Below are positions 1 through 12,184 of a stretch of 64,000 nt of DNA, one piece after another. The notes under the pieces are model-generated. The model was not told the DNA's origin. It made no database searches and was given only the letters and a program-made list of their open reading frames with translations. Positions within the stretch are counted from its first letter, which is position 1; each line of letters begins with the position of its first letter. The DNA comes from Hyphomicrobiales bacterium (lineage in GTDB: Bacteria; Pseudomonadota; Alphaproteobacteria; Rhizobiales; JACESI01), in the NCBI GenBank assembly GCA_013911885.1, contig JACESI010000005.1, positions 150,795 to 214,794 on the forward strand. Reading direction: 5' to 3'. The position numbers and the translations under genes are program-made.

Positions 1-84
1 TTGGGGTGGCATCATCAGGTCGGCATCATCAGGTCGGCATCGTCGTTTGGGCATTGCCACGGCGCTGCATCGCAGAGGGCACAA

Positions 85-390
85 ATGGTCGCGCGCATCT
101 TCAAACCAGCCAAATCCGCTATGCAATCCGGTCGCGGGAAAACCGAGGACTGGGTTCTCGAACATATCTCGGAACAGCCGCGCGGTCGCGATCCCCTGAT
201 GGGTTATACGTCTTCCACAGAAACCGAAAACCAGGTTCGGCTCAGCTTCGACACGCTCGAGGAAGCGGAGAATTATGCAGTGCGCAACAATATTGCTTAT
301 GTCGTCATGAAACCAAAAGAACGCGCGATCAAGCGCGTCGCCTATTCAGACAATTTCAAATACGGCAGAATGACGCCCTGGACCCACTAG
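85..390 (+). CDS. ETC complex I subunit-like small protein (NDUFS4/PF04800-type)
   Basis: ORF 1..390. The internal ATG at 85 gives MVARIFKPAKSAMQSGRGKTEDWVLEH...YSDNFKYGRMTPWTH, typical of the conserved alphaproteobacterial NDUFS4-like protein. Confidence 0.8.
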   Translation: MVARIFKPAKSAMQSGRGKTEDWVLEHISEQPRGRDPLMGYTSSTETENQVRLSFDTLEEAENYAVRNNIAYVVMKPKERAIKRVAYSDNFKYGRMTPWTH

Positions 391-415
391 GCCGTCCTGC
401 ACCGGCGCGGAATTA

Positions 416-492
416 GGCCCCGTAGCTCAACTGGATAGAGCACCCGCCTTCTAAGCGGGATGTTGCGTGTTCGAGTCACGCCGGGGTCACCA
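416..492 (+). tRNA. tRNA-Arg (anticodon TCT)
   Basis: Hand-folded cloverleaf. Acceptor GGCCCCG/CGGGGTC, anticodon loop CTTCTAA, T-arm GCGTG-TTCGAGT-CACGC, encoded CCA. Confidence 0.9.
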
Positions 493-571
493 TCTCAAGT
501 GAATAAAGAGCGATTGCCAAATACGATTGGTCGGGATGGGATCGGCATTGTCCGAGGGATTGTTCACGCCC

Positions 572-1792
572 TCAGAGTTTTCCCTGAAAGACGGCGCCTG
601 CCTTCACGAGGGATGCAATCGTGTCGTCGTCATAGCCGATTTCCGCGAGCACGGCTTTGCTATGCTCACCAAGGATCGGGGCAGGGCGCGTCACGCTACC
701 GGGTGTCTGCGAAAATTTGACCGGCAGACCGAGCGCCTTTGTCCGGCCCGCAATCGGGTGGTCCGTTTCAACGACCATGTCGCGTGCGCGCGTGTGTGGA
801 TCGGCATGCATTTCGGCAATGCTCGATACCGGCCCGGCCGGAAACCCGCCCCGCTGCAAGAGATCAAGCCATTCAGCCGAGGTTTTTTTTCGGAAGATCG
901 CATTGAGGACGGTCTCGAGCTCGCTTCGGTGGGCCATGCGGTCGGCATTGCTCAGAAAGCGTGGGTCAGCTTTCAGTTCCGCCGCGTCGATGAGATCAGC
1001 CAGTCTCTCCCAGTTTGCCTGATTGGCGGCACCAAGGGTTATCCAGCCATCCGATGTCTCAAACGCCTGATAGGGAGCGTTGAGGGGGTGGGCGGAGCCC
1101 ATCGGCTGCGGCGAGACGCCAGTCGCAAAGGCGATTGCCGACTGCCAATAGGTATGGGTGATGGCTGCCTCATAAAGCGAGGTATCGATGAATTGGCCGC
1201 GGCCGCTCGTTGCGCGGCTGTGGAGCGCTGCACAGACACCCATCGCGGCTAGGATGCCGGCCGTGGTGTCCGATACCGGTGCGCCAACCTTGACCGGCGG
1301 GCGGCCTGATCCTTCGCCCGTGATCGCCATGAGGCCGGACATGCCCTGAGCAATCAGGTCAAAGCCGCCCCGGTCGGCATAAGGTCCGGTGTGGCCGAAA
1401 CCGGAAATCGCAACATAAATCAAGCCGGGGTTGCTGACGCGCAATGTCTCGAATCCGAGGCCGAGCTTTTCCATCGTCCCTTTCCGGTAATTCTCGATCA
1501 CGACATCCGCGTCGGAGAGGAGACGCTTTAAAACCGCAATACCATCCCGGTTCTTGAGGTTGAGCACGATGCCGCGCTTATTGCGGTTCATCATCATATA
1601 GGCGGCACTCTCCCCCTTGATGACGGGTGGAACCATGCGGCGCGTGTCGTCGCCTGTGGGCTTTTCGACTTTGATCACATCCGCGCCCATATCCGCAAGC
1701 ATCAGTCCGCAGACGGGACCGGCCATGATATGGGCAAGCTCGATGACGCGCACGCCTGCGAGGGGCCCTGAGCGCCTTTCAGCGACGTTCAT
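572..1792 (-). CDS. Family III CoA-transferase (CaiB/BaiF type)
   Basis: 406-aa ORF with PLAGVRVIELAHIMAGPVCGLMLADMGADVIKVE and later motifs typical of family III CoA transferases. A 4-nt overlap with the upstream hydratase gene suggests an operon. Confidence 0.85.
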   Translation of the reverse strand: MNVAERRSGPLAGVRVIELAHIMAGPVCGLMLADMGADVIKVEKPTGDDTRRMVPPVIKGESAAYMMMNRNKRGIVLNLKNRDGIAVLKRLLSDADVVIENYRKGTMEKLGLGFETLRVSNPGLIYVAISGFGHTGPYADRGGFDLIAQGMSGLMAITGEGSGRPPVKVGAPVSDTTAGILAAMGVCAALHSRATSGRGQFIDTSLYEAAITHTYWQSAIAFATGVSPQPMGSAHPLNAPYQAFETSDGWITLGAANQANWERLADLIDAAELKADPRFLSNADRMAHRSELETVLNAIFRKKTSAEWLDLLQRGGFPAGPVSSIAEMHADPHTRARDMVVETDHPIAGRTKALGLPVKFSQTPGSVTRPAPILGEHSKAVLAEIGYDDDTIASLVKAGAVFQGKL

Positions 1793-2565
1793 CGCCCCTC
1801 CCAGTGCGGTTTGCGTTTCGCGAGAAAAGCTTCCATGCCTTCCTTGAAGTCACGGCTCATATAAGTTGCGAGAATGAGATCATCACCTTCCGCGTCCGGT
1901 CCCTCGACGCGAAGCCGCCGCAGGCCCTCCTTGGTGGCGCGCAGTGTCAAGGGCGCCTGATCGGCCAGAAGATGGGCGAGGGCGTCAGCGCGTTCGAAAA
2001 CCGCGGCGGGGTCTGGCAGTACTTCACTCACAAGATCGATGGCGTGCGCCTCTTCCGCCTCAATCAGCCGTGCGGTGAAAAGGATTTCACGCAGCCTGCC
2101 ATAGCCGACCAGCGCCGCAAGACGGTTGAGATTGCCAATGGAAAGGCAATTGCCGAGCGTGCGGGCGATTGGAAAGCCGAATTTGAGCCTTGCATCGGTG
2201 ATACGCAAATCGCAGGCTGCCGCAATCGCGGCACCGCCGCCGGTGCAAGCGCCGGTGATTGCGGCAATTGTCGGAAGCGCGCAGCGCTCGATATCGCCGA
2301 GCATCTGGTCCATCCGTTCTTCATAGGCGAGTGCGTCGGCCTCGGTCTCAAAGGCGCGGAACTGTGTCATGTCGGTTCCTGCTGCAAAGGCTTTCTCGCC
2401 AGCGCCGCGAATGACGAGGACCTTGACCGGGCCGTGCGGGTCGCAGTCCCTGCATAATTGTGCGATGCCGTCATACATGGCAAAGGTGAGGGCGTTGCGC
2501 GCCTCTGGCCGGTTCAGGATGATATGGCCGACAGGCCCTTTGACTTCATAGATCAGGTCGCTCAT
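1789..2565 (-). CDS. Enoyl-CoA hydratase/isomerase family protein
   Basis: 258-aa ORF: GHIILNRPEARNALT...VIRGAGEKAFAAGTDM...AITGACTGGG, crotonase-fold signatures. Confidence 0.85.
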   Translation of the reverse strand: MSDLIYEVKGPVGHIILNRPEARNALTFAMYDGIAQLCRDCDPHGPVKVLVIRGAGEKAFAAGTDMTQFRAFETEADALAYEERMDQMLGDIERCALPTIAAITGACTGGGAAIAAACDLRITDARLKFGFPIARTLGNCLSIGNLNRLAALVGYGRLREILFTARLIEAEEAHAIDLVSEVLPDPAAVFERADALAHLLADQAPLTLRATKEGLRRLRVEGPDAEGDDLILATYMSRDFKEGMEAFLAKRKPHWEGR

Positions 2566-2729
2566 TCGGGTGATTGTAATCGTCTGTTTTGATTTTACAA
2601 CCGGTTCGGTATCGGCAGCCCCAACGGATCATCGGGCCAATAGATGCGATGATACGAAAGCAATGAAGGCGCCGCAGTTGCGGCGCCTTCATTGCTTGGG
2701 TCAATGCAAAATCGGGAATGAAACCGACA

Positions 2730-4139
2730 TCAGCAAGAGTAATAAAGATCGTACTCGATTGGGTGCGGCGTCATTTCGTAACGTGCATTCTCTTCCCATT
2801 TCAGGTCCATATAGGCTCCGATCTGGTCAACATCGAAGACGCCGCCGGCGGTAAGGAATTCATGGTCGGCTTCGAGCGAGTTCAGCGCTTCACGCAGCGA
2901 ACCGCAGACGGTTGGAATACCTGCAAGTTCTGCTGGTGGCAGATCGTAGAGGTCCTTGTCCATGGCTTCGCCTGGATGGATCTTGTTTTTGATGCCGTCG
3001 AGGCCAGCCATCAGCATGGCCGAAAAGGCGAGATAAGGGTTCGCGCTTGGATCCGGGAAGCGGACTTCGACGCGTTTTGCTTTCGGGTTGCTGCCGAAAG
3101 GAATGCGGCAGGAAGCCGAGCGGTTGCGTGCCGAATAGGCAAGCAGAACCGGCGCTTCATAGCCTGGCACAAGACGCTTGTAGGAGTTTGTCGATGGGTT
3201 CGTGAAGGCGTTGAGCGCTTTTGCGTGCTTGATGATGCCGCCGATATAGAAGAGGCACATGTCGGACAGACCGGCATATTGCGAACCGGCGAACAATGGT
3301 TTCCCATCTTTCCAGATCGACTGGTGCACATGCATGCCGGTACCGTTGTCGCCATAGATCGGCTTCGGCATGAAGGTCGCCGTCTTGCCATAGGCATGGG
3401 CGACGTTGTGGATGCAGTATTTGTAGATCTGGAGATGGTCGGCGACCGTTGTCATCGGCGCGAATTTCATGCCGAGTTCGTGCTGAGCGGCAGCCACTTC
3501 ATGGTGGTGCTTCTCGATGAGAACGCCCATTTCGCCCATGACGGAGAGCATTTCGCTGCGGATATCCTGACCGGAATCGATCGGGTTGACCGGGAAATAG
3601 CCGCCCTTGACGCGCGGGCGGTGACCCATATTGCCGGCTTCATAGTCGGAATCGGTGTTTGATGGCAGTTCGATCGAGTCGATTTCAAAACCGGTTTTGT
3701 AAGGATCCGTTGAGAATTTGACATCATCGAAAATGAAGAATTCGGCTTCAGGACCCATGAAAATGGTATCGCCAACGCCGGACGATTTCAAATAGGCTTC
3801 CGCCTTTTTCGCAGTCATGCGCGGATCGCGGTTATAGGCTTCTCCGGAATCCGGCTCAAGTATATCGCAGAACACGGCGAGTGTAGACTGTGCATAGAAG
3901 GGATCGAGAACAGTTGTCTCGGTGTCGGGCATCAGTACCATGTCCGACTCGTTGATCGCTTTCCAGCCAGCGATAGAGGAACCGTCAAACATCACGCCGT
4001 CCGCGAACATGTCTTCATCGACGCAGGACGTATGCATGGTGACATGCTGCATCTTTCCGCGCGGGTCGGTAAAGCGCAAGTCGAGATACTTGATATCGTC
4101 ATCTTTGATGGTCTTCAAAACATCGGCTGCAGTTTTCAT
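2730..4139 (-). CDS. glnA: Glutamine synthetase type I
   Basis: ORF 2730..4217. The conserved N-terminus [29 protein letters not shown] starts at 4139, giving 469 aa. GS-I motifs run throughout. Confidence 0.95.
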   Translation of the reverse strand: MKTAADVLKTIKDDDIKYLDLRFTDPRGKMQHVTMHTSCVDEDMFADGVMFDGSSIAGWKAINESDMVLMPDTETTVLDPFYAQSTLAVFCDILEPDSGEAYNRDPRMTAKKAEAYLKSSGVGDTIFMGPEAEFFIFDDVKFSTDPYKTGFEIDSIELPSNTDSDYEAGNMGHRPRVKGGYFPVNPIDSGQDIRSEMLSVMGEMGVLIEKHHHEVAAAQHELGMKFAPMTTVADHLQIYKYCIHNVAHAYGKTATFMPKPIYGDNGTGMHVHQSIWKDGKPLFAGSQYAGLSDMCLFYIGGIIKHAKALNAFTNPSTNSYKRLVPGYEAPVLLAYSARNRSASCRIPFGSNPKAKRVEVRFPDPSANPYLAFSAMLMAGLDGIKNKIHPGEAMDKDLYDLPPAELAGIPTVCGSLREALNSLEADHEFLTAGGVFDVDQIGAYMDLKWEENARYEMTPHPIEYDLYYSC

Positions 4140-4269
4140 TCGTTCAGTCCTCAATGCTCTTGTTACGCCTCGTCGCGACATGCGATCCGGGTGTTTGAAT
4201 AAACCACGTTGCCTCAAAAAGAAACTGTGGCGTTGAACAATTTATAGGCATGCCTTTTGCCTGTTCAGA

Positions 4270-4704
<435 letters not shown>

Positions 4705-5067
4705 TCATTTAGAGTTTGAATTCAGGTCTGGATATTCAATCTTTATCGAAAGGCGTCACGGTCGATTCCGCAATCACAGCAAAACGGCTATGGAAATTTT
4801 GCTAAAAAAAAGGGCATATGATTAAGTAACAATCAGCAATAACGTCATGACAGGCAGATCGCTGCAAAATATTTGTCCAACCCCAGGAGCGCTCGGCAGA
4901 GTGATTTCTGTCCCGCCGCGGCTGAGAATGAGCCAGACCTTTTGCCTAGCTTTTTCGTTTGACCGCGTCTTGCAGGGTGTTATAGAGGCATGTTTTTGGG
5001 ATAAAGCACTTCGGAAACGTCCTTCCAACGTCCTTCAATCGGCCAGTTGGATAAGATGGGCGGTCAA

Positions 5068-5152
<85 letters not shown>

Positions 5153-5203
5153 TGAAACAAAGCGGCAGAATCCGCTTAAGCAGAAATTGATAGGGAAACG
5201 ATA

Positions 5204-6550
5204 ATGCAAGTCACTGAGACACTCGCGGACGGTCTGAAGCGCGAACTGAAAATCACGATCGCCGCCGACGTGCTGGAACAGAAGCTCATGGAGCGTATGG
5301 TGAGCATCAAGGATCAGGTGCGCATCAACGGTTTCCGCCCCGGCAAAGTGCCGCTGTCCCATATCAAAAAGACCTATGGTCGTTCCTTGATGGCGGAAAT
5401 TGTTCAGGAAACAGTGAGCAAGACCACAGAAGAAACGCTTGAGAGCCGCGGTGAGCGCGCCGCCATGCAGCCGCAGATCGACATGACCGAAGACAGTGCG
5501 GAAGCAGAACTCATCCTCGAGGGCAAAAAAGATCTCGCGATTACCATGACCTATGAGGTCATGCCGGCCTTCGAGATCGGCGATCTTTCGGGCATTACGA
5601 TCGAAAAGCCGGTTGTGGCAGTGGCCGATGAGGAAGTCATGGAACAGATCGAGCGGATCGGCGAACAGAGTAAACCGTTCAAGGAAAAAAAGGGCAAATC
5701 GAAATCCGGTGATCGGATAACCATGTCTTATCTCGGCAAGATCGGCGGAGAGCCGTTTGATGGCGGCGCCGATGAAAACGGTCAGCTTGTTCTGGGCTCC
5801 GGTCAGTTTATTCCCGGCTTCGAAGATCAGCTGATCGGCAAGAAGGCAGGCGACGAGACAGTCGTCAAAGTGCAGTTCCCAGAAAATTACGGCGCGGCGC
5901 ACCTTGCAGGAAAAGAGGCGGAATTCGACGTTGTCGTGAAAGAGGTTGCCGAACCCGGCGAACTTGTGATCGACGATGACTTTGCCAAGAATCTCGGCCT
6001 CGAATCGCTTGAGCAGCTGAAAGGCATCATCAAAACGCAAATCGAAAGCCAATATGCAAACGCGAGCCGTCAGAAGGTGAAACGCCAGCTTCTTGATCAG
6101 CTTGATGCGAAATATGATTTCGAATTGCCGCCAACAATGCTCAGCCAGGAATTCGATGGTATCTGGGCGCAGGTCCTCAAAGACCTAGAACAAGCTCAGA
6201 AAACATTCGCCGACGAAGACACAACGGAAGAAAAAGCGCGCGAGGAATATTCAAAGATCGCAGCCCGTCGCGTCCGCCTCGGCCTGGTGCTTGCCGAAAT
6301 CGGTGACAAGAACAAGATTCAGATTACAGAAGACGAAATGCGCTCGGCGATCATGCGCCAGGCCCAGCAATATCCGGGTCAGGAGCGCGAGGTCTTCGAA
6401 TTCTATCAGAAAAATCCGCAGCAGATTGCGGGCCTTCGCGCGCCGATTTTTGAAGAAAAAGTCGTGGACTACATCCTGGAACTTGCCAAAGTCACGGAAA
6501 AAAGTGTGACCAAGGATGTCCTTATGGCGGATGAGGAAGACGCGGCCTGA
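5204..6550 (+). CDS. tig: Trigger factor
   Basis: 448-aa ORF beginning MQVTETLADGLKRELKITI with an FKBP-type middle domain (GFRPGKVP, FIPGFEDQLIG). It sits upstream of clpP-clpX. Confidence 0.95.
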   Translation: MQVTETLADGLKRELKITIAADVLEQKLMERMVSIKDQVRINGFRPGKVPLSHIKKTYGRSLMAEIVQETVSKTTEETLESRGERAAMQPQIDMTEDSAEAELILEGKKDLAITMTYEVMPAFEIGDLSGITIEKPVVAVADEEVMEQIERIGEQSKPFKEKKGKSKSGDRITMSYLGKIGGEPFDGGADENGQLVLGSGQFIPGFEDQLIGKKAGDETVVKVQFPENYGAAHLAGKEAEFDVVVKEVAEPGELVIDDDFAKNLGLESLEQLKGIIKTQIESQYANASRQKVKRQLLDQLDAKYDFELPPTMLSQEFDGIWAQVLKDLEQAQKTFADEDTTEEKAREEYSKIAARRVRLGLVLAEIGDKNKIQITEDEMRSAIMRQAQQYPGQEREVFEFYQKNPQQIAGLRAPIFEEKVVDYILELAKVTEKSVTKDVLMADEEDAA

Positions 6551-6839
6551 CGCTTTTTTCCAACCAGGATCAGGCATTAAGGTTAAACCATGAAAGGTAT
6601 TGCAGGCGCCGCGTCTCTCGGGCTTGCTGGCCTTTCCTTTCGTGGGGCGCATTCCTAGTATCACGTGATGCGAATCGCTGCAAAGGCAGTCATTAGTCTG
6701 CCTTTGTCCGCTTGTGATCGACTGTTATTTTCCGGCGTCTCGATTCGTCATCTTGTTGTTTGAGCATTGAGTACCGATATTCAGGCATGAGAAACCACCA
6801 GGGAAAAAGAGCGCATAAGGCGCTATCGCAGGAGAAGTT

Positions 6840-7469
6840 ATGAATAATCCGATCGAAACCTCTATGAATCTCGTCCCGATGGTGGTCGAACAGACCAATC
6901 GCGGGGAGCGGGCTTACGATATTTTCTCCCGCCTGTTGAAAGAGCGCATCATTTTCATTGCAGGTCCGGTCGAAGATTCGATGGCGACCCTCGTCTGCGC
7001 CCAGCTTTTGTTTCTTGAAGCTGAAAATCCGAAAAAGGAAATTTCGCTCTATATCAATTCGCCGGGCGGAATTGTGACCTCCGGCATGGCGATTTATGAC
7101 ACGATGCAGTTCATCAGACCGAAAGTGTCGACCCTGTGTTTCGGACAGGCTGCCTCGATGGGATCGCTGCTTCTCGCCGCGGGTGAGCCGGGCATGCGCT
7201 ATGCTCTGCCGAATGCGCGGATCATGGTGCACCAGCCCTCGGGCGGCTTCCGTGGTCAGGCTTCCGACATTGAACGCCACGCTCAAGACATTGTGAAACT
7301 GAAGAAGCGGCTCAACGAGGTATATGTTAAGCACACCGGCAAGCCTTACGATATCGTCGAGCGCACACTCGACCGGGACCATTTCATGACCGCTCAGGAA
7401 TCGCTCGAATTTGGTTTGATCGATGAAGTTTTTGAGGCTCGTTCACCTGTGGACGAAGGCAAGAAATAG
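6840..7469 (+). CDS. clpP: ATP-dependent Clp protease proteolytic subunit
   Basis: 209-aa ORF: [28 protein letters not shown]...[14 protein letters not shown]...MVHQPSGG. Confidence 0.95.
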   Translation: MNNPIETSMNLVPMVVEQTNRGERAYDIFSRLLKERIIFIAGPVEDSMATLVCAQLLFLEAENPKKEISLYINSPGGIVTSGMAIYDTMQFIRPKVSTLCFGQAASMGSLLLAAGEPGMRYALPNARIMVHQPSGGFRGQASDIERHAQDIVKLKKRLNEVYVKHTGKPYDIVERTLDRDHFMTAQESLEFGLIDEVFEARSPVDEGKK

Positions 7470-7623
7470 GATCAGATTTCACGGAAACCCGGCTAGTCTA
7501 GCACGGAAACTAGATTTTCATCGGATTTCGCGTGTTAAGTTCTCTTGAAGTCTTTGACGTTATCGTGTTTCGTTAAAGTTGAATTATGACCCTCTCTCCT
7601 AGATCAGGGGGTCTTGGAAGGAA

Positions 7624-8898
7624 ATGAGCATGAGCAAAGTTACCGGATCCGGCGAAACGAAGAACACGCTGTACTGCTCTTTTTGCGGCAAGAGCCAGCA
7701 TGAAGTCAGAAAGCTGATCGCGGGTCCGAATGTATTCATCTGTGATGAATGCGTGGAGCTTTGCATGGACATCATCCGCGAGGAGAACAAGTCCTCCCTG
7801 GTGAAGTCGACCGAGGGCGTGCCTTCGCCGTCGGAGATCTGTGCTGTTCTCGATGATTATGTGATTGGCCAGTATCATGCCAAGCGCGTTCTCGCCGTTG
7901 CGGTTCACAACCACTACAAACGCCTCAACCATGCGGCAAAGAACAACGACGTCGAACTTGCCAAGTCAAATATTCTCCTGATCGGTCCGACGGGATGCGG
8001 CAAGACGCTGCTTGCTCAAACGCTTGCGCGCATTATCGATGTTCCCTTCACCATGGCGGATGCCACGACACTGACCGAGGCCGGCTATGTTGGCGAGGAT
8101 GTTGAGAACATCATCCTGAAACTGCTTCAGTCCGCAGACTACAATGTCGAGCGCGCGCAGCGCGGCATCGTCTATATTGACGAGATCGACAAGATTTCCC
8201 GCAAGTCGGACAATCCGTCGATCACCCGCGACGTGTCGGGTGAGGGCGTTCAGCAGGCTCTCCTGAAAATCATGGAAGGCACGGTCGCAAGCGTTCCGCC
8301 CCAGGGTGGCCGCAAACACCCTCAGCAGGAATTTCTTCAGGTCGATACCGCAAATATCCTGTTCATCTCGGGCGGTGCCTTTTCCGGTCTCGACAAGATC
8401 ATCGCGGATCGCGGAGAGGCGACGTCCATCGGCTTCAATGCTCATGTGGCGGCGCAAGATGATCGCCGCATCGGCGAATTGTTCCAGAAGGTTGAGCCGG
8501 AAGACCTGTTGAAATTCGGCCTCATTCCGGAATTTGTCGGACGCCTGCCCGTGGTTGCAACGCTCGAGGATCTTGACGAAGCGGCCTTGATCCAGATCCT
8601 GTCCGAGCCGAAAAATGCGCTCATCAAGCAATATCAGCGCCTGTTCGAGATGGAAAATGTCGAGCTGAGCTTCAATGATGAAGCGCTGCGTGCCATCGCC
8701 TCGCGTGCCATTGAACGCAAGACCGGCGCAAGGGGCCTTCGCTCGATCATGGAGTCTATTCTTCTCGACACCATGTATGACCTTCCAGGTCTTGATGGCG
8801 TCGACGAAGTGGTGATTTCCGGTGATGTCGTCAATGGAAAGTCAAAACCGCTCTATATCTACAGCGAGCGCCGCGAAGACACCGGCACCAGTGCCTGA
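7624..8898 (+). CDS. clpX: ATP-dependent Clp protease ATP-binding subunit ClpX
   Basis: Zinc-finger N-terminus [32 protein letters not shown] and Walker A GPTGCGKT. The ATG at 7630 is an alternative start with better spacing to GGAAGGAA. Confidence 0.95.
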   Translation: MSMSKVTGSGETKNTLYCSFCGKSQHEVRKLIAGPNVFICDECVELCMDIIREENKSSLVKSTEGVPSPSEICAVLDDYVIGQYHAKRVLAVAVHNHYKRLNHAAKNNDVELAKSNILLIGPTGCGKTLLAQTLARIIDVPFTMADATTLTEAGYVGEDVENIILKLLQSADYNVERAQRGIVYIDEIDKISRKSDNPSITRDVSGEGVQQALLKIMEGTVASVPPQGGRKHPQQEFLQVDTANILFISGGAFSGLDKIIADRGEATSIGFNAHVAAQDDRRIGELFQKVEPEDLLKFGLIPEFVGRLPVVATLEDLDEAALIQILSEPKNALIKQYQRLFEMENVELSFNDEALRAIASRAIERKTGARGLRSIMESILLDTMYDLPGLDGVDEVVISGDVVNGKSKPLYIYSERREDTGTSA

Positions 8899-8992
8899 TT
8901 GATTATTCGCGATTGCGGACGGTTTTGCTTTCAACGCACGGTACCGATTTGTTCATGGAATTTCGGTCGGATCGATGCTTATCGGTGCCTGA

Positions 8993-9025
8993 CCCTTGAA
9001 CATGTTCATCGTGGATACCAGATAT
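8993..9025 (+). promoter_or_regulatory. Candidate sigma-32 (RpoH)-type promoter upstream of lon
   Basis: CCCTTGAA (8993-9000), 17 nt, CCAGATAT (9018-9025). This resembles the CCCTTGAA / CCCCATNT heat-shock consensus and lies about 100 nt upstream of the lon start. Confidence 0.35.
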
Positions 9026-9123
9026 TTGTAACATGATGGGGCTTTCGCGGGTTGAGCAAATCAATCAAAGTCGGTCAGATATAAACGAGGCCCGACATAC
9101 GGGCCTTCAAGAAAGGATGGCGA

Positions 9124-11535
9124 ATGGCCGATACCACCATAGGTCTTTCGAGCGAAAACTCACTTTTCCCGGTCTTGCCGCTGCGCGATATTGTTGTGTT
9201 TCCGCATATGATCGTGCCCCTGTTCGTCGGTCGCGAGAAGTCGATCCGCGCGCTTGAGGAAGTCATGCGCGCAGACAAGCAGATCCTGCTCGCAACCCAG
9301 ATTCAAAGCAGTGACGACGATCCGTCACCGGAGGCAATCTATCCGATCGGAACGCTCGCCTCGGTTCTTCAACTCTTGAAGCTGCCGGACGGCACCGTGA
9401 AAGTTCTGGTCGAGGGCAAGGCCCGCGCTCAGATCGATCAGTATAGCGACCGTGTCGAATTCTATGAAGCGCATGCATCCATCCTCGAAGAGGAATTGGG
9501 CGATCCGTCGGAAGTCGAAGCGCTTTCGCGTTCCGTCGTTGCGGAATTCGAAAGCTATGTGAAGCTCAACAAGAAACTCTCACCCGAGGTGATCGCGGCG
9601 GTGGGCCAGATCGACGATTATGCGAAACTCGCTGATACGGTTGCCTCGCATCTCGCAATCAAGATCCCTGAAAAGCAGGAGATCCTGAGTTTCACCAGCG
9701 TGATTCAGCGCCTTGAACATGTGCTTGGTATGATGGAGAGCGAGATCTCGGTTCTGCAAATCGAAAAGCGCATCCGCTCGCGCGTCAAGCGCCAGATGGA
9801 AAAGACCCAGCGCGAATATTATCTCAACGAGCAGATGAAGGCGATCCAGAAGGAACTGGGCGAGGGCGAGGACGGCAAGGACGAATTGCAGGAACTCGAA
9901 AGCCGCATCGAAAAGACCAAACTTTCCAAGGAAGCGCGCGAGAAAGCAAGCGCCGAACTCAAGAAGCTGCGCCAGATGAGCCCGATGTCCGCCGAGGCGA
10001 CCGTGGTGCGCAATTATCTCGACTGGCTCTTGAGCATCCCGTGGTCTGTCAAATCCAAGGTCAAGAGCGATCTTGGCTTTGCCGAAGATGTTCTCAACAC
10101 CGATCATTACGGGCTTGAAAAGGTCAAGGAACGCATCCTCGAATATCTCGCGGTGCAGTCGCGCTCAAGCAAGCTCAAGGGACCCATCTTATGCCTTGTC
10201 GGGCCTCCGGGTGTGGGCAAGACGTCGCTCGGGAAGTCGATCGCGAAGGCGACGGGTCGTGAATTCGTGCGCATGTCGCTTGGCGGCGTGCGGGACGAAG
10301 CCGAAATCCGTGGTCACCGGCGCACCTATATAGGCTCGATGCCTGGCAAGGTCATTCAGTCGATGAAAAAGGCAAAGAAATCGAACCCGCTCTTCCTGCT
10401 CGACGAGATCGACAAAATGGGCATGGACTTCCGCGGCGATCCATCCTCGGCACTTCTTGAAGTGCTCGATCCGGAACAGAACAGCACATTCGGTGATCAC
10501 TATCTCGAGGTTGATTACGATCTGTCCAATGTGATGTTCGTCACGACCGCCAACACGCTCAACATTCCCGGTCCGCTGATGGACCGCATGGAGATCATTC
10601 GCATTGCCGGTTATACCGAAGAGGAAAAACTGGAAATCGCAAAGCGCCACCTCATACCGGAAGCGATCAAGGATCACGCCTTGAAGCCGGAGGAGTTTTC
10701 AATTGATGATCCGGCGATCCTGATGACTGTCCAGCGCTATACGCGCGAGGCGGGCGTGCGCAATCTCAAGCGCGAACTTGCAACCCTGACGCGCAAGATC
10801 GTGAAAGAGATCATCACGTCGGATAAAAAAAGCATCGCGGTCACGGTTGCCAATCTCGAGGAATATCTCGGTGTGCCGAAATACCGGCATGGCGCGGCGG
10901 AAGGTAAGGATCAGGTCGGCGTCGTGACCGGTCTTGCCTGGACCGAGGTGGGCGGCGAACTCCTCACCATTGAGGGTGTCATGATGCCGGGCAAAGGCAA
11001 GATGACAGTCACCGGCAACCTCAAGGATGTGATGAAGGAATCGATTTCGGCGGCGGCGTCCTATGTCCGCTCGCGGGCGGTCGATTTCGGCATCGAACCG
11101 CCGCTTTTCGAGCGCCGAGATATCCATGTCCACGTCCCTGAAGGGGCGACACCAAAAGATGGGCCATCTGCCGGCATTGCCATGGCAACGGCGATCGTCT
11201 CTCTGATGACCGGCATCAAAGTGTCGAAAGACATCGCGATGACGGGCGAGGTAACCCTTCGCGGAACGGTTTTGCCCATTGGCGGACTGAAAGAGAAACT
11301 CCTCGCGGCCCTGCGCGGCGGCATCAAGAAGGTTCTCATACCGGAAGAGAACGCGAAGGATCTCGCTGATCTGCCGCAAAGCGTGAAGAACGGCCTTGAA
11401 ATCGTCCCCGTTTCGGTGATGGACGAGGTTCTGGCTCATGCGCTTCTTGAAAAACCGGTTGCCATCGAGTGGACCGAACCGGACCCGAGCAAGAAGATTG
11501 AGGATGATATTGATCTGACGCTTACGGCGCATTGA
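9124..11535 (+). CDS. lon: ATP-dependent Lon protease
   Basis: 803-aa ORF: LPLRDIVVFPHMIVPLFVGREKS, Walker A GPPGVGKTS, catalytic PKDGPSAGI. Confidence 0.95.
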   Translation: MADTTIGLSSENSLFPVLPLRDIVVFPHMIVPLFVGREKSIRALEEVMRADKQILLATQIQSSDDDPSPEAIYPIGTLASVLQLLKLPDGTVKVLVEGKARAQIDQYSDRVEFYEAHASILEEELGDPSEVEALSRSVVAEFESYVKLNKKLSPEVIAAVGQIDDYAKLADTVASHLAIKIPEKQEILSFTSVIQRLEHVLGMMESEISVLQIEKRIRSRVKRQMEKTQREYYLNEQMKAIQKELGEGEDGKDELQELESRIEKTKLSKEAREKASAELKKLRQMSPMSAEATVVRNYLDWLLSIPWSVKSKVKSDLGFAEDVLNTDHYGLEKVKERILEYLAVQSRSSKLKGPILCLVGPPGVGKTSLGKSIAKATGREFVRMSLGGVRDEAEIRGHRRTYIGSMPGKVIQSMKKAKKSNPLFLLDEIDKMGMDFRGDPSSALLEVLDPEQNSTFGDHYLEVDYDLSNVMFVTTANTLNIPGPLMDRMEIIRIAGYTEEEKLEIAKRHLIPEAIKDHALKPEEFSIDDPAILMTVQRYTREAGVRNLKRELATLTRKIVKEIITSDKKSIAVTVANLEEYLGVPKYRHGAAEGKDQVGVVTGLAWTEVGGELLTIEGVMMPGKGKMTVTGNLKDVMKESISAAASYVRSRAVDFGIEPPLFERRDIHVHVPEGATPKDGPSAGIAMATAIVSLMTGIKVSKDIAMTGEVTLRGTVLPIGGLKEKLLAALRGGIKKVLIPEENAKDLADLPQSVKNGLEIVPVSVMDEVLAHALLEKPVAIEWTEPDPSKKIEDDIDLTLTAH

Positions 11536-11557
11536 TCAAAACTGTAGTCCCGTCAGG

Positions 11558-11586
11558 AAACCCGGCTCGAGCAGCCGGGTTTTTTG
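11558..11586 (+). terminator. Rho-independent terminator after lon
   Basis: AACCCGGCT-cgagc-AGCCGGGTT followed by TTTTT. Confidence 0.75.
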
Positions 11587-11725
11587 ATTTTCCGCTCGGG
11601 TGGAGTCAAAAAATCCTGAAAAAAGCAACATAAAATACCGGAAACCCTTGTTTTAGGCAGCGATTCCCAGCAGTGTCCATCCCCGGAATAGACCACCACT
11701 TACCAAGATATGAAGGAAATGACTC

Positions 11726-12001
11726 ATGAACAAGAACGAGCTGGTTGCTGCCGTGGCAGACAAGACTGGTATGACCAAGGCTGCGGCTGGTGAAGCTGTC
11801 GACGCGACATTTGACGCCATTGCGGCAAGCCTTAAGTCGGGCGACGAAGTAAAGCTTCTGGGCTTCGGCAATTTCAGCGTAACCAGCCGGGCGGCGACGA
11901 CGGGCCGTAACCCACGCACAGGCGAGACGATCAATATCAAGGCGTCCAAAGCTCCAAAATTCAAGCCCGGCAAAGGCCTGAAAGACGCAATCAACGGCTG
12001 A
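11726..12001 (+). CDS. hupB: DNA-binding protein HU
   Basis: 91-aa ORF: MNKNELVAAVADKTGMTKAAAGEAVDA...GRNPRTGETINIKASKAPKFKPGK. Confidence 0.9.
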   Translation: MNKNELVAAVADKTGMTKAAAGEAVDATFDAIAASLKSGDEVKLLGFGNFSVTSRAATTGRNPRTGETINIKASKAPKFKPGKGLKDAING

Positions 12002-12037
12002 TAAAGCTGCTTTTTACGGGTGTTCGAAAGACGTTTT

Positions 12038-12070
12038 GACGAGGCTTTGGCAACAAAGCCTCGTTTTCTC
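12038..12070 (+). terminator. Rho-independent terminator after hupB
   Basis: GACGAGGCTTTG-gcaa-CAAAGCCTCGT followed by TTTCTC. Confidence 0.7.
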
Positions 12071-12184
12071 TTGCGCTTCTCACGATCGTCGTTGGAAGAT
12101 CAACGGACAGAGAGCGACGAAGGCAAGTTTCTTCAGAAAAAATCTTGCGTTCGGCAAGCATTTCAGGCTATGCCCATCGCGGTC

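Noticed and set aside
4863-4879. Sigma-54 promoter for glnB (minus-strand TGGACAAATATTTTGCA)
   Set aside because: The GG-to-GC spacing is 11 nt instead of the required 10, and the -24 element is TGGACA rather than TGGCAC. It is not convincing without data.
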